This document shows, one piece after another, positions 34,575 to 42,343 of a stretch of DNA of 44,362 nucleotides (position 1 is its first letter; each line of letters starts with the position of its first letter). The translations under genes were made by a program, and so were the position numbers. The stretch lies in the sequence record PZ445525.1; one strand, given 5' to 3'. A model generated the notes under the pieces. The model ran no database searches, was not told the DNA's origin, and saw only the letters and a program-made list of their open reading frames with translations. The stretch comes from a phage.

Positions 34575-35084
34575 TTAATCTTCCAGTTCGAAATAGGTTT
34601 CGACGATTTCTTTTAGCTCTTTGTGGAAGTCTTCGACGTCGTCATCTTCCAGCTTGGCGATTGATTTGATCTCGAACGCTTCCAGCAGATCATCAAATTC
34701 GTCGTTAGCGTCGTCGTCATCACCACCGGCAATAATCGCGGCATACTGTTTGATTTCGTCGCGCATCTCCGCCAGCGGATCGGCATCTTTCTTACCTTTG
34801 CCTTTCGCCGGTGCTTTTTTAGCCTTAGCCGGTTTTTCGTCTTCGGCGTCTTCGTCGTCATCTTCTACGACTTCTTTTTTGGCCTTGCCTTTCGCCGGTG
34901 CTTTTTTAGTTTTCGCCGGTGCTTCGTCGTCAGCGTCGTCATCTTCTACGACTTCTTTTTTGGCCTTAGACGGCTTCTTGTCTTCCTGTTTACCAACGGC
35001 AGCGCCAACGGTTTCATAATGTTTGGCGATGGTTTCCAGTGCTACTACGCCGCGAGTGATCAGGTTTACGATTTGTTCGAACAT
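34575..35084 (-). CDS. acidic repeat protein, first gene of leftward operon
   Basis: 169-aa ORF from ATG 35084 with RBS ggaga; two tandem ~24-aa repeats KKEVVEDDD-D-E-PAK-KKAPAKGK-KK. Confidence 0.5.
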   Translation of the reverse strand: MFEQIVNLITRGVVALETIAKHYETVGAAVGKQEDKKPSKAKKEVVEDDDADDEAPAKTKKAPAKGKAKKEVVEDDDEDAEDEKPAKAKKAPAKGKGKKDADPLAEMRDEIKQYAAIIAGGDDDDANDEFDDLLEAFEIKSIAKLEDDDVEDFHKELKEIVETYFELED

Positions 35085-35280
35085 GGTATATCTCCGATTG
35101 GTTAAGTTTAGGTGTCGGCAGTTAACTTCGTCGGTGGCCTTAACATATTGCCCGGTTGCGCGTTCTCCCGTTCGGGTAGTGGACCGGGTTATATAATCAC
35201 GGTTGGGAATCCTGACACTTCGATCCGGCCCCTGCGTTGCCCCTCTCCAGTTTGCGTCCTGCATCCTGTCGACGGAGTGA

Positions 35281-35310
35281 ATGATAGATTGGTTGCAGGA
35301 TGGGTGTCAA
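35281..35310 (-). promoter_or_regulatory. candidate leftward early promoter
   Basis: minus-strand TTGACA, 18-nt spacer containing TGCAACCAAT, TATCAT. Confidence 0.4.
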
Positions 35311-35320
35311 CAACTAATTT

Positions 35321-35355
35321 AAAAAAAAAAGCGCCGAGGCAAAATGCGACGGCGC
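35321..35355 (-). terminator. terminator-like hairpin with T10 (minus strand) upstream of leftward promoter
   Basis: 6-bp GC stem gcgccg/cggcgc with 13-nt loop; A10 on plus strand = T10 after the hairpin on the minus strand. Confidence 0.35.
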
Positions 35356-35419
35356 TAACCAATAAGAGACAATGAGACGGGAATTATTATTATTACACGC
35401 GTGCGCGCCCGTTTCAATA

Positions 35420-35448
35420 TCCAAAGGATTTGACACCGTGCAGTTTTG
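35420..35448 (+). promoter_or_regulatory. candidate rightward early promoter
   Basis: TTGACA, 17-nt spacer, TAGTTT, followed by inverted repeat TTGGTcattaACCAA and RBS gagggaag. Confidence 0.4.
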
Positions 35449-35489
35449 GGTGTAGTTTCGTTGGTCATTAACCAACTGAGGGAAGAGCA

Positions 35490-35819
35490 ATGAATGTAAA
35501 CGACGCAATCGAAATGTTAACGAAGACTGTTTGCAGTGAGACAAGCCGGTCATGGGCTTATACAGATGCCGTGGGGGCGGTGTTATTCGAAATCGAACGA
35601 CTACGGCTTACCGAAAAAGAATTGCGCGCCCGGCTGGAATTACTCAACGGTACGGCGGCCAGCAAGCTGCAAAAGCACAATGAAGAAATGGAAGAATACA
35701 AAAAGCAGGTTATCCGTTTGCGCGATGAGGGAAAGTCATGGGCGATGATTGCCGAGTTAACCGGAATTAATCAGAGCACTGTGCGCTCATGGGTACGCAA
35801 TAATAAAACTTCTAAGTAA
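35490..35819 (+). CDS. helix-turn-helix DNA-binding protein
   Basis: 109-aa ORF; C-terminal S-W-A-M-I-A-E-L-T-G-I-N-Q-S-T-V-R-S-W HTH-like segment; first gene of rightward operon. Confidence 0.55.
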   Translation: MNVNDAIEMLTKTVCSETSRSWAYTDAVGAVLFEIERLRLTEKELRARLELLNGTAASKLQKHNEEMEEYKKQVIRLRDEGKSWAMIAELTGINQSTVRSWVRNNKTSK

Positions 35820-35829
35820 GGCAACGGCA

Positions 35830-38094
35830 ATGAGCTTAATCAAATTCGCTGTAACACGCCCCGCTAAAAAAGGCGAAAAAGCCAGGGCGGAAAACTTCCA
35901 GATGACCACCGACGAGTTTTTCGAATTTATCAACGATGCTAAAGAAATATCCTCGGTGCATATCAACAAGACGGAAGATAAAGCCGAGTATGCGCGCCGC
36001 AAGCGTAAGGCCGATGGCATTGTGGCTTATACCAGTGATGGGCTGCGCCGCAAGACCAGTGCGGTGGATCGCTCGATCCTGTTCTTCGATATTGACCGTA
36101 CCGACACCCGCACCCTGCGCCGCTGCCGTAAGGCGTTTATCGACGCGGGGCTGGAACACGTATTTCACACCACAACCGGCGACCGCCACCCGCTGAAAGG
36201 CGGCACGCGTTGCGCGCGTTTCCTGGTGCTAACGGATAAGCCTGTACCGGCTGAAGACCTGGGCCGCGTCCAGTATGCACTATTACACCAACTGGGCCTG
36301 TCAGATGTGGACTTCGATGATTGTACGAAAGACACAAACCGCCTAATGTACCTGCCGCACCAGCAATCGGTTATCAAATGCCATTACGGAAAGCGCGCCC
36401 GCGTCCGTCGTCTGCTTCGCCTGGCGGATAAGCTGGGAGTGGAAAAAGAGGAAGTACGCCGCGAACTAACCCAGGGCGATGACGGCGTGGCGGACGGCAT
36501 TCTGGATTGGTGCTTCCAGGCAGGATTCGAACCGCTGTCGTCCGGTCGTGGTTATGAAGTGCCGTGCCCTAACGAACACCTGCACAGCGGCGAAGGGTCC
36601 ACCGCTATCATGGTTAAGGATGGCGAGATCCGTTTCAAGTGTATGCACACCGGCAACGAGTGTTGCTCGGAACTGAACAGACACCAGCACCTGGCGCTAA
36701 GTCTTATCGGGATACCGGACCACCTGAACGTCGAACCGCACAACATGTCACGCAAGCAAATCGCCGCCATTCTCCCAGGACTGGACGACGAGGAAGTGGA
36801 ATCGTGCTATGCGCATATCGTTGATGCGGTCGGTGACGGCGACGAGTACGGCGGATGTACCGATGCGGACCTGGACAACGAACCGGTCGCACTGTTCAGC
36901 AAGCACGACCCGATCATCGAGGGGTTGATTAACTTCAAATCGACCTGGTATATGGCGGGTGAGTCGAATATCGGTAAATCGTTCTACGTGCTGGGGCAAA
37001 TGGGTGCGGTTGCCGCTGGGATTCCGTTCGGTGGCGCGAAGGTAGTCCAGTCTCATTGCTTCTATTTCGACGCGGAAGGTGGCGAAGCCTCCCACCAGCG
37101 TAAGGAAGCATTGCAGATTAAATACGAGCACGACCTGGACAAGCTGCACATTATCGACCTGCAATCTCGCGGCTGGGATATCACCAGCAAATCCGGCTTG
37201 CGTGAAGTTATCAGCTTTATCAACCGCACCGCTAACGGCGAACCGGTTGGCCTGGTGGCGTTCGACTCACTCAACCAGACTGTTGCGCTGCGGTCCGCCG
37301 ATGCTAAACCGTTCGACGAGAACAACGCCAGCGATATGGGCGAAGTGGTCAAGGCGCTGAAGGCCATTGCGGAAAATACCGGCGGCAGTGCTGGCGTCAT
37401 CCACCACCCGGCGAAAGGTGCAAACGGCAGCAGAACCCCACGCGGGTCCGGCGCGCTGCATGGTGCTGTCGATTCCGCGTTCTTCCTGGAGCAACCGGAC
37501 GACAATCAGCCGGGCCAATTGAACCTGTTTCACGAAAAGGCACGTAACGGCATCAAGCAAGCGCCGCGCGGATTCGTCCTGCTCAAGTGCAAGGTTAAGG
37601 TTGATCTCCGCAAGTCCGAGGCGTTCGAAGCCCACCAGTCCACCTGCTCCGGGCCGGACTTCGGGGACGTCGTTGCCGGTTGGGACGTCAAGCCAATTGC
37701 CTCCACGCCACGCGACGAGACTCTTTACCTCGTACCTGTCGCCCTGGCACCGTTCGCTATCGAACAGGCGAAGGCCGCGGGCAAGGCCGCAGTTAAGGAA
37801 GAGAACGCCGCAGGCCCGCGCAACGAAAAAGAGAAAGTGCTTTATGCGGCGCTGGAAAAACTGATGGAAGATAACCCGGACCATACCGGATTCAGCAAAT
37901 CGGCAATCGTCCGCCAGGCGGGATTGGCAAAAGGGGGTACGTCGACGAAGGCAATCGACGATATGGTCGAGCGCGGCGTACTCGGTTTTTATACAGACCC
38001 GCACACCGGGGCCATCTATGGGTCGTCAAATATCGTCATAAAAACGAACATACCCATCACGCTTTCTGCGACCGACGATGACTTAAAAGATTAA
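35830..38094 (+). CDS. bifunctional primase-helicase (AEP-type prim-pol domain fused to RecA-fold helicase)
   Basis: N-terminal I-L-F-F-D-I-D-R (DxD) primase motif; zinc-ribbon cysteines; Walker A G-E-S-N-I-G-K-S and Walker B-like V-A-F-D-S; ~190-aa C-terminal extension. Confidence 0.8.
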   Translation: MSLIKFAVTRPAKKGEKARAENFQMTTDEFFEFINDAKEISSVHINKTEDKAEYARRKRKADGIVAYTSDGLRRKTSAVDRSILFFDIDRTDTRTLRRCRKAFIDAGLEHVFHTTTGDRHPLKGGTRCARFLVLTDKPVPAEDLGRVQYALLHQLGLSDVDFDDCTKDTNRLMYLPHQQSVIKCHYGKRARVRRLLRLADKLGVEKEEVRRELTQGDDGVADGILDWCFQAGFEPLSSGRGYEVPCPNEHLHSGEGSTAIMVKDGEIRFKCMHTGNECCSELNRHQHLALSLIGIPDHLNVEPHNMSRKQIAAILPGLDDEEVESCYAHIVDAVGDGDEYGGCTDADLDNEPVALFSKHDPIIEGLINFKSTWYMAGESNIGKSFYVLGQMGAVAAGIPFGGAKVVQSHCFYFDAEGGEASHQRKEALQIKYEHDLDKLHIIDLQSRGWDITSKSGLREVISFINRTANGEPVGLVAFDSLNQTVALRSADAKPFDENNASDMGEVVKALKAIAENTGGSAGVIHHPAKGANGSRTPRGSGALHGAVDSAFFLEQPDDNQPGQLNLFHEKARNGIKQAPRGFVLLKCKVKVDLRKSEAFEAHQSTCSGPDFGDVVAGWDVKPIASTPRDETLYLVPVALAPFAIEQAKAAGKAAVKEENAAGPRNEKEKVLYAALEKLMEDNPDHTGFSKSAIVRQAGLAKGGTSTKAIDDMVERGVLGFYTDPHTGAIYGSSNIVIKTNIPITLSATDDDLKD

Positions 38095-38164
38095 ATTTTG
38101 CGCGCATTGGTTGCCATTTTGAGTGTTTCTAGCCGGTCGTATTGGTTGCCGTGTAGTGTGAACA

Positions 38165-38362
38165 TAGTGAATAGTTATGCAGTTTTATTGCATAAAACAA
38201 ACGGGACAAAAGGCGGGACAAACAAGGGGCGGGACAAAGCGGGACAGCACCCCGTCCCACCCCCGGATGACGCGGCCTGGAGAGGAGCGGGACAAGCGGG
38301 ACAAACCCCAGTCTTTCAGACTAGACGGGGGTCAGTGGCCCCCCTCGTCTGAGACTGAATAA
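38165..38362. repeat. GGGACA-iteron block with terminal long hairpin (copy B)
   Basis: 6 exact GGGACA in ~120 bp; hairpin CAGTCTTTCAGACTAGACGGGGGTCAGTGGCCCCCCTCGTCTGAGACTG differs from copy A by one loop base. Confidence 0.75.
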
Positions 38363-38516
38363 AATCCGGGGATTGCAAAATACACGGCAGCATGATGCGA
38401 AGTGCGGTCGCGGATGAACTAGGCAACCAATGCCAGTTGTATTATGCGGAGTGAAAAACGCAGTTTGCAGTCACAGCAGATAGCGATCAACTTTTTCATG
38501 CGCGTGATTAATATTG

Positions 38517-38552
38517 GTTGCATTCAGCCCGGCACCCGGCTATATTGGTTGC
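38517..38552 (+). promoter_or_regulatory. candidate promoter for small early genes with paired ATTGGTTGCA motifs
   Basis: TTGCAT (within ATATTGGTTGCAT), 17-nt spacer, TATATT, then GGTTGCACACCAAC, the same string found at the moron promoter. Confidence 0.4.
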
Positions 38553-38574
38553 ACACCAACATGAGGGCTGAACG

Positions 38575-38772
38575 ATGGAACACGAAGACCTGGTCGACGA
38601 ACTGTTAGAACTGATTGAGGCCGAGAACAAAGCTGATTTGCAAGCACGCGCAGCGTACATGGTCGGCAACATTAAGAAATCGCGCCACTACGCCGGATTG
38701 CGTGTAAAGGCGCAAGAGGCCTTGCTGCAATTCCTGGACAGCGTAACTATCACGAAGAGGACCGAACAATGA
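38575..38772 (+). CDS. small acidic hypothetical protein
   Basis: 65-aa ORF with RBS gagggctgaacg; acidic N-terminal half. Confidence 0.5.
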   Translation: MEHEDLVDELLELIEAENKADLQARAAYMVGNIKKSRHYAGLRVKAQEALLQFLDSVTITKRTEQ

Positions 38773-39074
38773 AAGCACTAATCTGGAATTACACCCTGGC
38801 TGCGGCAAAGTTGGACGAAGCTAAGGCACTGAACGGCAACGTAGATCAGGCGATTCAGGTTGCGATACTGGCGCATCAATCCCTTCGCAGCGCGCTCTAT
38901 GGTATGGGCGCCAGCATGGACGAACTGAGGCCGTTGCGTATGGCAATCCACGAATACGCGCGGGCATTCTCCCGTGAGCGCCTGGCGTATCGCTTCGGTA
39001 TTGGCGATAAGGCAGTGACAAACGTCGCCAGGATTAAAGCCCAGCGCGAACTATTCGCCCAGCTTGCGAAATAA
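38769..39074 (+). CDS. hypothetical protein
   Basis: 101-aa ORF overlapping the previous stop. Confidence 0.5.
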   Translation: MKALIWNYTLAAAKLDEAKALNGNVDQAIQVAILAHQSLRSALYGMGASMDELRPLRMAIHEYARAFSRERLAYRFGIGDKAVTNVARIKAQRELFAQLAK

Positions 39075-39083
39075 GGGGCCAAA

Positions 39084-39353
39084 ATGAGCCGTAGGCGAGC
39101 TAAACAGCTTTCGTGGCATATTCCCCTGCATTGCATACGAATATGGGCTAAGAATGCGATTGAGGGCGATTCTGTGTACTGGAGCTATCGCGACGATGTG
39201 AAGCCGTTGACGCAGACTCGCTACTTGCACCAGTTCGCAGCACAACACGATTTCAGGGTGCGTACTTCCTTGCAACCAATGGGGATTCGTATTACATTAC
39301 GCCGGAAGCCCGCCGTTGAGCGGGTAGGCAAACACTGGAGACTGAGCAAATGA
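39084..39353 (+). CDS. hypothetical basic protein
   Basis: 89-aa ORF with RBS aagggg; contains an in-gene TTGCAACCAAT copy. Confidence 0.45.
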   Translation: MSRRRAKQLSWHIPLHCIRIWAKNAIEGDSVYWSYRDDVKPLTQTRYLHQFAAQHDFRVRTSLQPMGIRITLRRKPAVERVGKHWRLSK

Positions 39354-39538
39354 TGATTCGACTAAGCGACCAGGTGACGGACTCCGAGCTTGCGGAGTGG
39401 ATTGCCGAAGGGCGGGTCAGTTATCGTTACGGGCCGCAGGTATGGGCTATTAAGCGCTGCCGTTGTGATATGCGCCCGCATAACGTGCGCAAGTTTATAC
39501 GCAAGCATGGGGTATTTCTGGAGGCCGAGAAATGTTAA
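39350..39538 (+). CDS. hypothetical protein
   Basis: 62-aa ORF with ATGA overlap to the previous gene. Confidence 0.45.
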   Translation: MMIRLSDQVTDSELAEWIAEGRVSYRYGPQVWAIKRCRCDMRPHNVRKFIRKHGVFLEAEKC

Positions 39539-39666
39539 TAGGCGGATTCTCGCAGGAGTATATCTACCTGCATATGTGCGTACTTGACTACGAACAAAAC
39601 GGCATCGCTACGGTATGCGATGGCGACACAAAATCAATTGACGAGATCGAGGAGACAGAACAATGA
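39532..39666 (+). CDS. small hypothetical protein
   Basis: 44-aa ORF with overlapping stop/start on both sides; below ORF-track cutoff. Confidence 0.3.
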   Translation: MLIGGFSQEYIYLHMCVLDYEQNGIATVCDGDTKSIDEIEETEQ

Positions 39667-40202
39667 AATTACTATTCCGCCGTAAGTGCGATGGCCGTAT
39701 CCTGAAGCCGATCCAGACCCTTGCTACATGCGTGCGCTTGAGTCATGTTCACAGTGGCCTTGAGTGTCTGGCGGATACGGCCCACCTACCGGCAAACTTT
39801 GACGTACTCACACACGATATTGAGCGCGGAGATGTGCTGCGTGATATTCGCGATGGGCAATTGTGGGTCGTGGAGTGTGCGGGATTTAATAACCTTCGTA
39901 TACAGACACGCATGGGTGGCGTATCGGGCAACATGATTAGGGGTATGACGTACTTCGGGCTAATCCACTACGAGCGCGTGGGGCGCAAGTACAGACTCCG
40001 CAAGTCACAGCCAGCCTATGCGACCTACGACGCGAGCAAAGTGCAGGAACCGATCCGCCGTGCCGCACACGAAATCGTCAATCGCTTTGATGCCGTGACG
40101 AATGCGCAGCGCCATGCGCAGGAATACGGCGTTGGATTCATCCGGGTAGAACGAGACGGCAGCATGAAAGCCATCGACCCGCGCTCGGTGATTCTGAAAT
40201 GA
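39663..40202 (+). CDS. hypothetical protein
   Basis: 179-aa ORF with ATGA coupling. Confidence 0.5.
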   Translation: MKLLFRRKCDGRILKPIQTLATCVRLSHVHSGLECLADTAHLPANFDVLTHDIERGDVLRDIRDGQLWVVECAGFNNLRIQTRMGGVSGNMIRGMTYFGLIHYERVGRKYRLRKSQPAYATYDASKVQEPIRRAAHEIVNRFDAVTNAQRHAQEYGVGFIRVERDGSMKAIDPRSVILK

Positions 40203-40339
40203 GTGCGACGATCCGTGATATGCTGATGCACAACCGCTTTGAGATAGGCGGTCGGGTGTTCCGCAATTACTTCGTGGCGCGTGCCTGGGCGCGCCATATT
40301 GGCAAACCAGAGGGGGCAATACGATGCTACACGATTTGA
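40199..40339 (+). CDS. small hypothetical protein
   Basis: 46-aa ORF with ATGA overlap to the previous gene. Confidence 0.3.
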   Translation: MSATIRDMLMHNRFEIGGRVFRNYFVARAWARHIGKPEGAIRCYTI

Positions 40340-40611
40340 TATATTGGTTTGGATTGGCCTGGGGGCTATGCCTGATCACGGCAGTTCTGGGCGCGATATG
40401 GGTATTCCTGGTATGGCCAGCGGTGGAAGCTGCCAGTATTACCCGGATGACGTTCCAGATATACAAGCGCCGAGGCATCACGGATCACCCAACCCGGTTG
40501 CGCATGTGGTGGCTGTGGTATCGGGATATGATAGGCGGGCGAACATTCGAAGCCGTCCGATCATCCGGGTGGGAGTGGAAAGGCGTCGGCAAGTGGTCCA
40601 TTTTCGATTAA
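40324..40611 (+). CDS. small membrane protein
   Basis: 95-aa ORF with RBS gaggggg; two hydrophobic helices then Trp/Arg-rich tail. Confidence 0.5.
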   Translation: MLHDLIYWFGLAWGLCLITAVLGAIWVFLVWPAVEAASITRMTFQIYKRRGITDHPTRLRMWWLWYRDMIGGRTFEAVRSSGWEWKGVGKWSIFD

Positions 40612-40663
40612 TTATGCAAGCGTGATATAGTCCCAGTGAGCTAAAACTTACTGGGACTTTTTT

Positions 40664-40954
40664 ATGGATAAGATAAACGAGTGGCTATTTGCCCTTGCAT
40701 GTCTGGCTGGCGGCTTCGTAGGCGCACGCATTCATGGCGAGGCTACGAAAGGGCCGCTAAACTTCGTTTTATATATCGTTGTTGGCTTCCTGTGTGCCAT
40801 ATTTGGTGCGCCAGCTATCGCCGAGTGGGCGGGCTTATCAGGCGAGCGCACTGTCGCCGGTTTGGGCTTCGTAACTGCAATCTTCTGGATGCCAATAGCC
40901 GCCCGGATCAGGGAGACTATTGAGTCGTTCCGACTTCCGGGGGGTGCAAAATGA
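40664..40954 (+). CDS. holin candidate
   Basis: 96-aa protein with three predicted TM segments, two genes upstream of the lysozyme. Confidence 0.5.
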   Translation: MDKINEWLFALACLAGGFVGARIHGEATKGPLNFVLYIVVGFLCAIFGAPAIAEWAGLSGERTVAGLGFVTAIFWMPIAARIRETIESFRLPGGAK

Positions 40955-41196
40955 TTATCTCCGTCCTGTTGTTTGTTATCATAGGGGCTTCGTCCCTGTT
41001 TAACGTGTATGCGCCGTCCGTTCAGGATGGCATTTTCGGTCGGGTGTTATATCTGCTTACGGCGATGGTCTGCGTTATCGGACTGTTGCAAACAGGAGAC
41101 GTATCTGACACCACCTGGACCGCGCTAATCTGGCTGTTTGCATTGCGCACGCTGCGTAATGCTGTTTTGAATGGGGTAAAACATGCGATTCAGTGA
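40951..41196 (+). CDS. membrane protein (holin/antiholin candidate)
   Basis: 81-aa protein with three hydrophobic segments overlapping both neighbours. Confidence 0.45.
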   Translation: MIISVLLFVIIGASSLFNVYAPSVQDGIFGRVLYLLTAMVCVIGLLQTGDVSDTTWTALIWLFALRTLRNAVLNGVKHAIQ

Positions 41197-41674
41197 CAAC
41201 GGTCTACGATTTACGGCAGCATGGGAGACTTTCAGCCCAGTGCCGTATTTCGCGACTAAGAAAGAGCAGGCCCGCGGCCTGTACACCTGGGGCTATGGTC
41301 ACACCGGAACTAACCCGCCTCGAAGCATTACCCGAGCGGAAGCGCTGGAGCTACTCAAGCGCGATGTGGCGTATGCGGAAGATTGGGTGAACAAATACGC
41401 ACATCCGAGCATTAACCAGGCGCAATTCGACGCGCTGGTGGATCTGGTAATCAATGCAGGTCCGGGTCCGATCGTACCGGATAACATCGCGAACGATTTC
41501 GATGATGCGGTGCGCCTGGGTGACTGGGCGAAGGTCCGTGCTACGCTGCCGCAGTTCCGCAAGCAAGGCGGGGAAGTGCTTAAGGGTCTGGTCCGTCGGG
41601 CAATCGGCAGGCAAGCGCTATTCGATGGTAAGCAGTGGGACGTCGCCGAGAAGATCGGACGTAACGCAGCATAA
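41183..41674 (+). CDS. endolysin, phage lysozyme (GH24-like)
   Basis: A-A-W-E-T-F-S-P-V-P-Y ... T-W-G-Y-G-H-T and I-N-Q-A-Q-F-D-A-L-V-D-L-V-I-N-A-G match the Glu/Asp/Thr lysozyme pattern. Confidence 0.8.
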   Translation: MRFSDNGLRFTAAWETFSPVPYFATKKEQARGLYTWGYGHTGTNPPRSITRAEALELLKRDVAYAEDWVNKYAHPSINQAQFDALVDLVINAGPGPIVPDNIANDFDDAVRLGDWAKVRATLPQFRKQGGEVLKGLVRRAIGRQALFDGKQWDVAEKIGRNAA

Positions 41675-41690
41675 TACGAGGTAACACAGT

Positions 41691-42104
41691 ATGCTAAAAA
41701 GTATTCTTGATCATAACGCCGACGCGCTAGCTGCGCTGGCTAAAATCGAAGACCCAGGCGCACGCGCTATTGTAGCGGATACGATCAGCCATGCGGGGGT
41801 CTTCGACGCGAAGTTACCCAGCCCGCCGGAAAGTAAGCCAGTGGCAAGTGCGACCGTAACCATCACCCCAGTGTCCGCCGCAGTTGGTGCGACTGCCGCC
41901 GCTTCTGTTGCCGTCCTGCCATCCGACGCAACTAACAAGGCTGGGAAGTGGGTGTCTGCAAACCCAGAATGCGCGGCAATCGATCAGGCTACCGGCGAAA
42001 TCACAGCAAAATCGGAGGGTGGCGTCCACATCTTTTGGGTGGCATCCGATGGGGGCGGGGCGATGGCGTCCGCCATCTTCACCGTAACGGGAGCAGGGGA
42101 ATAA
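41691..42104 (+). CDS. bacterial Ig-like (Big_2-type) domain protein
   Basis: 137-aa ORF; T-V-T-I-T-P ... K-W-V-S-A-N-P-E-C-A-A-I-D-Q-A-T-G-E-I-T-A-K-S-E-G pattern typical of Big_2 domains. Confidence 0.55.
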   Translation: MLKSILDHNADALAALAKIEDPGARAIVADTISHAGVFDAKLPSPPESKPVASATVTITPVSAAVGATAAASVAVLPSDATNKAGKWVSANPECAAIDQATGEITAKSEGGVHIFWVASDGGGAMASAIFTVTGAGE

Positions 42105-42110
42105 ATCTAC

Positions 42111-42136
42111 AAGCCCGGAATTAACCGGGCTTTTTA
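42111..42136 (+). terminator. intrinsic terminator after lysis cassette
   Basis: hairpin gcccgg-aattaa-ccgggc followed by TTTTT. Confidence 0.6.
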
Positions 42137-42140
42137 TTGC

Positions 42141-42170
42141 TTGACTTGCAACCAACATAGAGGCCATACT
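42141..42170 (+). promoter_or_regulatory. candidate promoter with TTGCAACCAAC motif
   Basis: TTGACT, spacer containing TGCAACCAAC, CATACT; followed by palindrome TATTGGTCC-tc-GGACCAATA (42297-42316). Confidence 0.3.
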
Positions 42171-42343
42171 GCGACCAATAAACGAGAGGAGTAATACACT
42201 ATGGCACGTAATGATATTTGGGTATTGGCAATATTGTCCACCGCAGCATTTATCGGTATGGTTATTTGCGAACTGTCATAACCCGCCACAATAGGGACCG
42301 TGGTATATTGGTCCTCGGACCAATAACCAGGAAGTTAATTAAT

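Noticed and set aside
42218-42343. N-terminal extension of the metallophosphoesterase ORF (start 42218)
   Set aside because: Extension covers the promoter-like region and the TATTGGTCC...GGACCAATA palindrome; RBS aggaag precedes ATG 42344.
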